In this document: positions 41,001-49,488 of the stretch, piece by piece | Layout of the letters: each line of letters opens with the position of its first letter | Numbering within the stretch: position 1 is the stretch's first letter | Source of the DNA: a virus | DNA: 64,000 nucleotides | Virus record (IMG/VR): IMGVR_UViG_3300037808_000364 | Span: 1 to 64,000 of that record | Direction: 5' to 3' (one strand) | Notes under the pieces: model-generated | What the model was told of the DNA's origin: nothing | Databases searched by the model: none | What the model saw: the letters and a program-made list of their open reading frames with translations, nothing else | Translations under genes and position numbers: made by a program

Positions 41001-44000
41001 GGATCTCTTATCTTTCAGCTCCTGTAGTCTATCTTCTCCTCGACCAATGGTAGCTTGTTCAGATTTTGCTACTTCAAACTGTGGAGCGAAATCTATCTCA
41101 GCTTTCTTTCTCTTCTTAAATTCAGCAAACGCCACCTCTTCTTGTTTCTGAATACCTACTATAGTTTTTTCTCTTTTCTTAGCTGTTTTTTCCGCAGATT
41201 GAGCTACAAGTTTCTCAGATTCAATAGCTTGTTCCGCTAGAGAAACACGCTTTTTTGACAACCCACTTTCAGATGAATCAGTTCCACTACTAGCTTCTGC
41301 ATTTTCACTTGTAGCAGATAACTCTGTAGCCTTGGTAGCATCTTGTTGTGCCTTCTTCATTTTACCAAATCCAACTGTACCCTCTTCTATGCCCTTACTA
41401 AACCCATCTATATACTTATTAGCAGCCTTTAGACCAAACAAAGCTACCCCAACAGCAGTAACAGCTTGAAAGAACTTCTCTGTAGCTACCGTAGCTTTAA
41501 ATGTAGAGTCGGACGCTTCTTTACTCTTATCTCCAAGAGATGATATAGCCGCTTGTACCGCAGGTATAACAATAGATAATCCAGTAAATCCAATACCACC
41601 ACCCTCAGTAACTCCTCCTCCACCTCTAAACCTTTGGACACCACCAACCGCTCCACCCTTAGCGAACTTAGCAACACCGCTCTTATTCATAGAGTTTAGA
41701 TTGCTCGCTCCGATTTTGGAAGCAGCACTCTTGTTTATGACAAACTCACCGGGAGTTAGTAGGGCTGGAACAGTGTCTGTACCTCCCCCTATACCACCAC
41801 CTTTGTTAGCTTTGGTAATTGTGAAGTCTGATTTTTTGAGGTCTTTAGCAATTTTGTTTACTAGTCTGCCATCACCCTGAACAGCGGTTGTCCTAGTCCT
41901 CTTAGCGTCTCCTCTTTTAAGAGGACCAAGATTATCATCTGGATCAAACAGTTTAGCTAATTTTTTCTTTGACCCCTTTGTTATGTTTGGAAAGTCAAAG
42001 TCTGCACGAATGCCGGATTGTCCGGAGTTGTCAGGACCAGTTTCTAGGTCTCCAGCAGCACCAATTACAGCCTCTAAGAGATACCCCTCAATAGTTGATT
42101 GTGCTCCCTTTAGAACATCTCTAACCCTGAAGTTATGTCCGTCTTCAAATTTTAAGGGTCCAATAGACAATGATTCGGCTAAGTTGGAATCAAAAATAGA
42201 CTGTGCCCCGGCATCAAGAGCCTTACTTGCTCCCTTGGCAAATTCTTGTTGCAACTCGCCCTGTACACTGTCTGGACTACCAATTCCAAATACTGAGAAT
42301 GGACCTCTTATCTGATAATCAAGCTCTTGCCCCTTTTTCCTTCTTACGTTTTCTTTCTTATAACTTTCCGTTAGTGCCTCTCTGCTCTGTGTTCCAATTT
42401 TGATTTTACCGGCGGTAAGAGATTTTTTCGAACGCGGAGGGAGGTCTAGCCCAAAACCTCTCTGTTGCGTGGAAGTAAGAGTAGCTGCATATCTTTTCAA
42501 GTCTTTGTCGTCAATCGATCCAGTTCTAGGACCAACTACTCTATTTATATGACGGTTAGCAGATCCAGACAGTTCAACAGCCCCCGAAGCTATATCTGAA
42601 CCAGTCTGCTGATCCAGAACTAACGCACCATACTGTCTAGGGTTTTTAACGTTAACAACTCCGCCCGCAGCAAATTTGTTATCATTCATAGCTGCTAGAG
42701 TGCCAGCACCCATTTTACCCACACTACTCTTACGTATAACAAACTCACCCGGAGTAAGCATAGCGGGTACAGTGTCCCCATTACCAACTCCCGGAACAAT
42801 ACCTCCGCTGGCGAACTTGCGAATAGGACCGCCCTGATTACGAGTCTGAAGACCACGTACGGCAGCACCAGCACCCCCAAGGAAGGAACCAAAACCCTGT
42901 GCGAATTTGAAAGCAGCGACGGCTCCCAGAAGTGGGATTAAGGGTTTGACCGTATCCGCAATTTTGATAAACGCACTGGCTAAACTAAGTGCAGTTCTGG
43001 TAAATACTTGAAAGGAAGTACTACTAGCTATACCACGTACGAGAGCTAAGAACTCTTCTTTAACCTTAGTGATCTGTACGGCGAGAGCCTGCTGTGCAGT
43101 TGCGGCATCTTTATCAAGAGAGGTCTGTCCAGACTTCGCTACGTTTAGGGCTTCCTGAGCAACCTTATATTGTTGTAGTAAGGGGATAACCTTACCAATT
43201 TGACGGAAGCCACCAAGTTCTTCTGCTATTGAGATAAACTTAGTATCACCGGCGGGTAGGTCAGCAAATGCTTTACCAAGAGCCTGAGCAGCTTTGAAGG
43301 GACCAATAAAACGACCCTCTGCGTTTGTCAGTTCTACTCCAAGCTCACGTAGATATTGGATGGTCTCCGGTCTCTGGACACGAGTGAAGATGGTACGTAA
43401 ACCAGTACTAATGGATTCAGCACTTTCACGAGTAGTCTGACGAACACTAGTGAACAAGGCTAACAGTTCTTCAAGAGAGCCACCGGCGGATTTGAACACA
43501 CCACCAAATCTACGTACAGCACCAATAAGGTCACCAGATTCTACGGCGAACGCACCAGCAACAGCGTTGATAGAGCCAAGCTGTCCTTCGAGGGCACCAA
43601 CACCCTGTTCAAACTGGCGGATTACAGCGATAGCACCTTCTGCCGTCTGAGTAATATCATCAAACGTGGGTGCTAGTGTACTTTTTGCGAGACTGGATAG
43701 GGCGACTTCTAGCTCTGCACCACGAATACCGGCCTGTGATAGAATTCTAGTAACAGCCAATAGGTCTCTACTAACAACACCTAAACCTGTAGCTAATCCA
43801 GTAATGGTATTTTCTAGACTGTCAAGTTGTTTAACGGTGGTTCCTGTTACCTGAGCTATCTTGACAATCTCACGTTGGAAGTCAATAGCTTCATCAACAG
43901 CACTAGCTAGACTGTTGGTAAATAGGCTTACGGCACGGCTTGCAACGGTGAAGGCAGCAAAACGCTTAACGGCCAGCCCAAAGCTCCTACCAAGAGCATC

Positions 44001-44192
44001 AGCGGCTCCTGTAGCTCTTTGAACTTCCTCTCTGACGTTTCTTACCGCTCTCTGTGCCTGTGCAGCACCACGTACCTCGACAGGTACCTCAATAGGGCGA
44101 CCGGATAGTTGATTCCGAATCTGCCCCAGTACCTGTCGAGAGTTGGTGGGTGCTTGTAGCTGTAGTTGTGCAGTCAGTACGAATCTAGACAT
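38010..44192 (-). CDS. Tail tape measure protein (TP901-type core) with internal inserted domain
   Basis: Ala/Gly-rich helical 2060 aa; TP901-like N-terminal region (FAVES.DL..AV.R.G, RESAESISTGLRTIFTR, LRELGV); position after tube and chaperones. Confidence 0.93.
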   Translation of the reverse strand: MSRFVLTAQLQLQAPTNSRQVLGQIRNQLSGRPIEVPVEVRGAAQAQRAVRNVREEVQRATGAADALGRSFGLAVKRFAAFTVASRAVSLFTNSLASAVDEAIDFQREIVKIAQVTGTTVKQLDSLENTITGLATGLGVVSRDLLAVTRILSQAGIRGAELEVALSSLAKSTLAPTFDDITQTAEGAIAVIRQFEQGVGALEGQLGSINAVAGAFAVESGDLIGAVRRFGGVFKSAGGSLEELLALFTSVRQTTRESAESISTGLRTIFTRVQRPETIQYLRELGVELTNAEGRFIGPFKAAQALGKAFADLPAGDTKFISIAEELGGFRQIGKVIPLLQQYKVAQEALNVAKSGQTSLDKDAATAQQALAVQITKVKEEFLALVRGIASSTSFQVFTRTALSLASAFIKIADTVKPLIPLLGAVAAFKFAQGFGSFLGGAGAAVRGLQTRNQGGPIRKFASGGIVPGVGNGDTVPAMLTPGEFVIRKSSVGKMGAGTLAAMNDNKFAAGGVVNVKNPRQYGALVLDQQTGSDIASGAVELSGSANRHINRVVGPRTGSIDDKDLKRYAATLTSTQQRGFGLDLPPRSKKSLTAGKIKIGTQSREALTESYKKENVRRKKGQELDYQIRGPFSVFGIGSPDSVQGELQQEFAKGASKALDAGAQSIFDSNLAESLSIGPLKFEDGHNFRVRDVLKGAQSTIEGYLLEAVIGAAGDLETGPDNSGQSGIRADFDFPNITKGSKKKLAKLFDPDDNLGPLKRGDAKRTRTTAVQGDGRLVNKIAKDLKKSDFTITKANKGGGIGGGTDTVPALLTPGEFVINKSAASKIGASNLNSMNKSGVAKFAKGGAVGGVQRFRGGGGVTEGGGIGFTGLSIVIPAVQAAISSLGDKSKEASDSTFKATVATEKFFQAVTAVGVALFGLKAANKYIDGFSKGIEEGTVGFGKMKKAQQDATKATELSATSENAEASSGTDSSESGLSKKRVSLAEQAIESEKLVAQSAEKTAKKREKTIVGIQKQEEVAFAEFKKRKKAEIDFAPQFEVAKSEQATIGRGEDRLQELKDKRSAAAKDIQQGSERRSHPGFRGKSTKELLKEQQALSKEIQFQTQHVNNMKVAFKDSSKVIKQGENLTENRTASQKRHSKTLKAVQAGEKSLERARVRSQKAALKAAQSEEKLANRRRRLAGAAKFGGKAVTGAAAAIVSIKGIANAIGGYVQELSQRQAEQAKDKGDVSGAADAAGAGAFAKGITDAFSVSGFAQIATDAFSGTNNFFDGLAKQVRQSRATTAADTATSNLSDLNKTLSKDNNPFKLDGGGINVQAALSTVLGGTNEARSEVAQLEEGKNKKSQEAKINIESAKTLTTLISSGASLAQAEEAALGLAGANQETQEEMLKLARVSITLRDAQVQLGKANFDSLKITSAFGGANAAVKAFTAGLTTGSSSLEGYIIQLESARKNIGVDSGAAIDAIEKQLLSTAGGAGGGGLAAALSGQADVARASSGFSQNIGGIVSNFDVNRGNPAASKGKLTEALVEAIPADASPEIRKQIRDLISSNVSAIEPKDLATTDISKLIQKIGTDAQALSSGFFEAAKLQSQHNVTMSKLYQEREKVEATAAESLNKAIDTQIEAGKAFEAFGGARLTTQQQTQARISQFNNVGGLGGLGASLKGGGAGDIRRVATEITNTFNSQQGAFVRDIAGRSATGGAGIFAGPEGVQNDQRPEAQRANAALITFTKQRISLLKEELTIVQAKNREEKSSLEKLISGDVQGFIEGQAAAGAGAALRSGSSGLTSLFSGSALGAGFKSLKGQGLSDKQLRSAEDETLKRFGITGNGALSGTTPEQEAFKAEGRELAGVLGDLAGQGAQFDVSEIAVNKATIIASEVVFTKELGNIANANQGLAKGGTVYANNGMFVPRGTDTVPAMLTPGEFVVNRSAVQRGNNLQMLRAMNSGGGASGPGYMRGGGRARRNGGGPVEGSSNMLTDAIPALRNVFSDFSSAVDKLANTNFSVKLDTTNVNVNLVNGSFLESMKQNIKDELLAEVGKEIGRSKFNSSGDLTRKGGVLA

Positions 44193-44233
44193 TATTTACC
44201 TTTTGATTTGTAACTAATAGCACACTATCCAAA

Positions 44234-45088
44234 TTAGCTTTCCGTTGCTGGTTTCTTTGTTTTGGGTTTGGGTTTTGGTTTGTCCACAAGGTCATTCTCG
44301 TATTCAACAGTCTCATACTCACCGTCTTCAGTCAGTGGGTTACCATCCTTGTCAATGCGGTTCCCCTTGTCATCAAGATAGTAACCATTTTCATCAATCC
44401 TGCGACCCTCGGTATCAATGAGTTCTTCAGGATTATTAGGGTTAACCAGACTCAGGTCATCATTAACTAGGCTGTAATCCAGTAAGAACTTATTCTCTGG
44501 CAACTTTCTCTCAAAAGAAGAATCTAAGTTATAGAGCATTCGACTTAGACTGGTGGCAGCAGCAAAAGCTATCTCGTCTGAACCCTGGTTGTTATAGTCT
44601 TCAAAGTTTTCATAGACAGGTTTGCCATTTGCGTAGAAGGTACAGTGGGCGACTAAATAGTCAAACCGAGCATTGTCGGCCAAGTTGTCAGCCGTATTCT
44701 CTTCCATAGCTATCTTATCAGTTAAAAGATCTCGTAGCTCCAGTCGTTTCTTACGAATATTAATAGCGACATCTCTACCCTCTGACAGCTTGGGCTTTCG
44801 CTTGCCATTACCGTGAGCTAGTTTTTTCTCTAGATCAATAATGTCCTTCGAGAGGGTTTTCTCTTTCTTGTCTTTAGTCTCATCCCAAATACCCCTTTTC
44901 TCCATAACCATACTCACCTCTTTCTTGGTAAGTACGCCATCTTGAATTGCTTCGTTCCAAGTACGAGACTTATACCTCTCTGCTCGTTTTAGAACGTCAT
45001 TATTGGGTTGGGTAACATAGATGTCAACTTCTTTTTTGTTATCACCCTCTCCAATTTCTACCTTGCTTTCCACTTTCTTCTGAGTCAT
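44234..45088 (-). CDS. Putative tail assembly chaperone (paralog of 45453-46487)
   Basis: Charged helical protein directly upstream of the TMP; shares the D...T..E...M..R..W.E.KD.K motif with 45453-46487. Confidence 0.6.
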   Translation of the reverse strand: MTQKKVESKVEIGEGDNKKEVDIYVTQPNNDVLKRAERYKSRTWNEAIQDGVLTKKEVSMVMEKRGIWDETKDKKEKTLSKDIIDLEKKLAHGNGKRKPKLSEGRDVAINIRKKRLELRDLLTDKIAMEENTADNLADNARFDYLVAHCTFYANGKPVYENFEDYNNQGSDEIAFAAATSLSRMLYNLDSSFERKLPENKFLLDYSLVNDDLSLVNPNNPEELIDTEGRRIDENGYYLDDKGNRIDKDGNPLTEDGEYETVEYENDLVDKPKPKPKTKKPATES

Positions 45089-45450
45089 TAGTTTTCCTCG
45101 CCTTCTTTAGTTCTGACCGGTAGTACGGTCGAATATCGTAACCACTTAACCTCATATTGAGCCAACTCAGCATCAACATTACGGGCTTGTGTATTCCCCT
45201 TATCCAAAATTTCAGATCTTACCTTCTGAAATGTATCATACATCATCTTCTGTTCTGGTGACATCTCGCCGTCACCCGAGTTCCATAAGAAGGAAAAGTG
45301 TTCTTCAAGTGAGCTAAGTGCTCCAATCATTGTAGTTTCCACTTTCTTCTTCAAGATTTTAGACAGTCGCTCATTAGAGTCCTGTCTATACTTATCATCT
45401 CTTTGCACCCTGTATTCCGCCTGCTGTCTTATCAGGTCGTCATATCCCAT
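45088..45450 (-). CDS. Hypothetical helical protein in the tail chaperone region
   Basis: Coupled between the two paralogous chaperone-like genes; GGAGGGAG RBS. Confidence 0.65.
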   Translation of the reverse strand: MGYDDLIRQQAEYRVQRDDKYRQDSNERLSKILKKKVETTMIGALSSLEEHFSFLWNSGDGEMSPEQKMMYDTFQKVRSEILDKGNTQARNVDAELAQYEVKWLRYSTVLPVRTKEGEEN

Positions 45451-45452
45451 GT

Positions 45453-46487
45453 CTATCTCCCTCCAGTTCCCTTAAAATTGTCAAGCTGCTGTTTCCTAAT
45501 ATCCAGTTGTCTGTCCTGAAAATCTAGGTCAACCGCAACGCCTTTCTTTTTAGCCGTAGCTAGTCTTTGTTTTCTTACTATGTCGCTATGAATACCATTC
45601 ATAGAATGGATAGATTCTGCCTCTTTCTTTGAGTCTGTAACAATAAGGATTTCACTTGAGTTGGCGATCTTACTGTTAGAGCGTTTTTCCATCTCTGTTT
45701 TGATTTTTTCTGACTCTTGTTTTTGCCTCTGGAGGATAAACCAGCCGTCTAGCATGTCGTCATCGTTTATCACGTCTTCCGTGGGGCAATCCATTGACTC
45801 TTGTATGTTGTCATACATGTTTGACCAGATCAAGATTCCCTTTTGATCATTGGATAACTCACGGTCGTCTATGTTTTTAAAGAGGGCCGAGTGGTCTTTC
45901 ATTAGCCAGCACAGACGCCAAGGGTCGTTCCGTGCTAGTTCCCTCAGTTGTGTTTCATTTAGTAGCATCCTATTGTAGTCGTAGAACAGAGAAGAAACAT
46001 CAATGTTTTCACAGTCTAGCGGTTCAGAACCAACAAAGCAACATCTTTCGAAGAGAGCTAGTGACTTATCTTGTGAAGCGAGTCCCTCACAAGTTTTGCT
46101 AAACAGTTCGTTTTTCTCTGCTACCAACTCAGACTTCGAAGTCTCTCCCGCCCTGAGATACTTACGGATCATGTTTACACGACCCTCATCATTTTTACCC
46201 TCAAAGATGCCAACCTTTAGTTTGTCAAGATCTTTCTGAATACCCTCTATCTTCTCGTCTTTTTCCTCAGACCAGAGATCACGCTCCTTCATCCATTCCC
46301 ACATCTCTTCTTCTGTGAAGATGCTGTCCATCTGTGCTTGTTCGTATGACTCTTTGAAGACTTCGTTTGATAGAAACTCATCTTCAATAGTTGGAGTCAA
46401 AATCTTAACCAGAATACCCTCTAACTTAATGTAGTAGACCCCTGATCTCAGTCGTGACACAAAATACTCCCGCTCATAAGAGTTCAT
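45453..46487 (-). CDS. Putative tail assembly chaperone (long, GT-like form)
   Basis: First gene after the tail tube; N-terminal half paralogous to 44234-45088, plus a C-terminal extension (PWRLCW...DDDMLDGW). Confidence 0.6.
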   Translation of the reverse strand: MNSYEREYFVSRLRSGVYYIKLEGILVKILTPTIEDEFLSNEVFKESYEQAQMDSIFTEEEMWEWMKERDLWSEEKDEKIEGIQKDLDKLKVGIFEGKNDEGRVNMIRKYLRAGETSKSELVAEKNELFSKTCEGLASQDKSLALFERCCFVGSEPLDCENIDVSSLFYDYNRMLLNETQLRELARNDPWRLCWLMKDHSALFKNIDDRELSNDQKGILIWSNMYDNIQESMDCPTEDVINDDDMLDGWFILQRQKQESEKIKTEMEKRSNSKIANSSEILIVTDSKKEAESIHSMNGIHSDIVRKQRLATAKKKGVAVDLDFQDRQLDIRKQQLDNFKGTGGR

Positions 46488-46631
46488 AATTAAACCTTAC
46501 AAGTGCGGGAGTAGTATGTATTCATTGATAATCCTTCCTTACATCTCGATCTCACTTGCTGTCCGAATAAAACGCTATCGCAAAACGAGATGTAGTTCCA
46601 CTGACAACAAAAACTTGCCAGCACCTGTTAC

Positions 46632-47828
46632 TTAGGGATTTGTATATCCACCGAAGACACCAGACGGGAATGTTCCAGCACCCGTGTCGTTAGCAAAACC
46701 GTTGGTGTCTACTCCAGCATTTAAAGAATCGAAGCCGAAATAACCATTCTGAAGGTCTTGAACGTCCAAGCTGTTAAAGTTAGAATAACTGTAGGTAATA
46801 CTTACGTTGCCACCACCAGCATCTCCACCGCCGTATGTCATACTAGCAAGACGATTCTTACTACCAAGGTCGAAGCCATAACCACAACGCATTGTCAGGA
46901 AGATAACTTCACTACCCGTATTATTACCAGAGTCGATAGTTCCGTAAAGCGTAGGATCACCAAACTCATAGGCAGACACGAAGTCACCAGAGGTAGTGAT
47001 AGCTTCGATTTCTGTACTTACTTCAATAGGAAAGTTGGCAGGACGGTAGTAAGGAGTCTTACGGCCAAGTTCCAGAACGTCTTCACGAGAGAAGTCTGTA
47101 CTTGTGGAGAAGTTTTGAACGTGGATAAGTGGTGTAGTTCCAGTTATGGCATTACCATATCCACTACCAACAACCCCAGTAATACTGGCTGGAAGAATTG
47201 ACGCTGAGAGCATAACATCCTCACGACGCTGAATACCACCAGAAGCAGAACCAGCAACACCAAAGGATCTTGGACTATCATTACCATCAAAGTCTGCAAC
47301 GGTAGCGTCGAGGATCTTTACGTTTCCGGCAGTAAGCCATTGTTTGTTGTTACCTACTAGTGTAACAGATTCTGTAGCATTTCCTTCAACGGGGACCGTA
47401 TAGGAAAGACTTGAAACAAACATACCAGAACAATAAACCTCAACTACCGCCTTACCAGAGTTAGAAGAAGAAGAAGCAATATTGTTAGCCGACTCGTCAA
47501 AAATACCAAGTCGAAGGTCACACTGTTCAGCAGCACGAGCCGCCAGACCACTATTAGCTGTTCCAGCAACTCCACTAGTAGCCATATGGTAAAGAAGTGG
47601 GTAACCGTCGAATACCTTTTCCAAGGTCACTTCAACGTCTGGAGTTCCTTCGATATTCTCGAAGATCTCAATCTGACCAAGCTCAAACGCCTGCTCTAGG
47701 TTGAAACTTGTATTAACACCTACGCTCTGAACGCCGTGGGCCATATCTCCAATAGCCAAGACATCATCACCTTGATTGGTGATTGCAACGCCCTGACAAG
47801 CGTAAAATATTCTATTGTTTGATGACAT
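46632..47828 (-). CDS. Major tail tube protein with internal domain duplication
   Basis: Position between terminator and chaperones; own promoter and AGGAG RBS; repeated VQ....T.F..E...ELG units. Confidence 0.8.
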   Translation of the reverse strand: MSSNNRIFYACQGVAITNQGDDVLAIGDMAHGVQSVGVNTSFNLEQAFELGQIEIFENIEGTPDVEVTLEKVFDGYPLLYHMATSGVAGTANSGLAARAAEQCDLRLGIFDESANNIASSSSNSGKAVVEVYCSGMFVSSLSYTVPVEGNATESVTLVGNNKQWLTAGNVKILDATVADFDGNDSPRSFGVAGSASGGIQRREDVMLSASILPASITGVVGSGYGNAITGTTPLIHVQNFSTSTDFSREDVLELGRKTPYYRPANFPIEVSTEIEAITTSGDFVSAYEFGDPTLYGTIDSGNNTGSEVIFLTMRCGYGFDLGSKNRLASMTYGGGDAGGGNVSITYSYSNFNSLDVQDLQNGYFGFDSLNAGVDTNGFANDTGAGTFPSGVFGGYTNP

Positions 47829-47865
47829 CTATATCTCTCCTGTTAAAGTGGAAGATCTCTGTTAA

Positions 47866-47879
47866 ATTATACACAAAAG
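47866..47879 (-). promoter_or_regulatory. Candidate late promoter CTTTTGTGTATAAT
   Basis: Exact 14-bp match to 13873-13886; intergenic, upstream of the tail tube gene. Confidence 0.72.
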
Positions 47880-47881
47880 CA

Positions 47882-48862
47882 CTAAATATTTGATTTTATG
47901 CCTTCTGTGGTGAATCGCACTACTCCACCGAACAATTCCGGTGTAGTTAGTTCCATTTCCTCAGACTTAGCCTGTTGTAGTCTGAATTTTCCTGCGTTGT
48001 ATGTTTCGATGAGATCTGGATACAATAGGGCACTGGGAACAGGCGAACCACCCGCATCTAGTGGGAAAACACCAGAAGAATCTAATTTATCTCCATCGAT
48101 AGAGTATACACATTTGTCACTTTGAAGTGAAACTATGTCTACCAGTTTATTCCTAGTGGACTCGTCCTCAGCTATACAATGGAACAAAACATCAGTATAA
48201 ACCCACTGACCGCCCCCAATCTGGTAACCCTTGAAACCCCTTTTGGGAAGTACTTCCACCGCTATAGCGGGGAGTTGAACCCTACTTTCTGGTGGTAAAT
48301 CCCATTTTCCTGTACTAACATCATAAAATCTACTGGTAGGATGATTGGTTCTAGACTGAACTTCTTTTAGCCACGGGATATTGTTTGCATAGACGACATT
48401 GATATACTTATAACTGAATTCTGCTTGAACTTTTGTGCCAGTAGGAAGGGCACTATCGAAGATAACCCTGCCATAGAAGTAGTCTACGTTGTGTGCGTAT
48501 GTACCAACTCCTGAAGAGGGTTCAAATGTGTCATTAATATAAACCCCGCTAATTCCGGGGAAGTTTGCATCACTGCCCACAATTGGTGCTGGCATATTTA
48601 CACCAGATACTCCACTCTGCCACACCCAGTTGCCTCTGAAACCCTCCCAGACCTGCCCAGAGACGAAGGCGTCGTTGGACGACATTCTTAACCTGCTCAT
48701 ATCCTGACCGTTAGGAGAGGTCTCAGCTAAGTCTACGTTGAAATAATTACCCTTCTCTAATAGTGCCCAATCCCAATACTCGACCAGTGCGTCCTGAATA
48801 CTATTACTCAGGGAATAGTCGTGTACAGAGTCAAATCCTTTGAGTGGGGAATAAATTGTCAT
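47882..48862 (-). CDS. Putative tail terminator/completion protein
   Basis: VQLPAIAVE...GYQIGGG...DVLFHCIAE....RNKLVD motif; immediately upstream of the tube gene. Confidence 0.65.
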   Translation of the reverse strand: MTIYSPLKGFDSVHDYSLSNSIQDALVEYWDWALLEKGNYFNVDLAETSPNGQDMSRLRMSSNDAFVSGQVWEGFRGNWVWQSGVSGVNMPAPIVGSDANFPGISGVYINDTFEPSSGVGTYAHNVDYFYGRVIFDSALPTGTKVQAEFSYKYINVVYANNIPWLKEVQSRTNHPTSRFYDVSTGKWDLPPESRVQLPAIAVEVLPKRGFKGYQIGGGQWVYTDVLFHCIAEDESTRNKLVDIVSLQSDKCVYSIDGDKLDSSGVFPLDAGGSPVPSALLYPDLIETYNAGKFRLQQAKSEEMELTTPELFGGVVRFTTEGIKSNI

Positions 48863-49488
48863 TTGAAGACATCCTGCAGGATTGAAGAGAGTTCTTTATC
48901 TCTACCTTTAAGTGCTCTTGTTATGAAATTATCCTGTTGAGATCCAGAATATTGAGGAGGAATACGCCATACTCCACCCTTTTTCATAGTACCACCGCCC
49001 GATCTACCAGAGAAATCAGGAGTGTAAGAATAACCGTAAACAATAGTCTTGGTTCCTTCCATCAAGAGCCAGTTCAGCCAGTGAAGGGGGGAACTGTCTG
49101 TAACCACAAACCCACTAGGCAAATCTAGTAGAGTTCGAAAGTTGGAAGGTTGTATGTTGAAATCCACGCCTCCACGTAGTCTACTATCTATTGGTCTTAT
49201 CTTAACCTCTAGGGTAGACAATACCGCTTGGATAATTTCAGCCGACGCAATAGCACCCTGACCCATAGTTAACCCAAATTGTGCGTTTAGTTCACCGGCC
49301 ACACCCTCACTTTGTAAACTCGCAATCTCTGGTTGAGAAGTAATCCAGCCCTCTAGGGCCATCTTAATTCTCTCGGAAACCCTCTTACTACTTTTATTCA
49401 CGAGTTTATTCAACTCTTTAGCAATGGCTTCGTTGATCTTTTTCTCTATCTGAGAGTCAGAATCTACTAATTTGAGATTTATGGTCAT
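48859..49488 (-). CDS. Putative neck/tail-completion protein (HK97 gp10-like position)
   Basis: LHWLNWLLMEG...NFITRAL; start reassigned to the ATG at 49488 (ATGA overlap, GGAGAGG RBS). Confidence 0.6.
   Translation of the reverse strand: MTINLKLVDSDSQIEKKINEAIAKELNKLVNKSSKRVSERIKMALEGWITSQPEIASLQSEGVAGELNAQFGLTMGQGAIASAEIIQAVLSTLEVKIRPIDSRLRGGVDFNIQPSNFRTLLDLPSGFVVTDSSPLHWLNWLLMEGTKTIVYGYSYTPDFSGRSGGGTMKKGGVWRIPPQYSGSQQDNFITRALKGRDKELSSILQDVFK

Noticed and set aside
44213-44228. Fifth copy of the late promoter upstream of the TMP (GTGTGCTATT)
   Set aside because: Only a partial match lacking the TATA core; cannot be supported
44250-44283. Telomere-like or G-quadruplex-like TTTGGG repeats
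   Set aside because: Simply encodes the KPKPKPKTKK tail on the - strand
44234-46487. Programmed -1 frameshift in tail chaperone genes
   Set aside because: No convincing slippery heptamer seen near the ORF ends; each ORF has its own start and RBS
46632-48862. Contractile tail sheath or contractile injection system
   Set aside because: No sheath-like gene beside the tube and no recognisable baseplate J/wedge set
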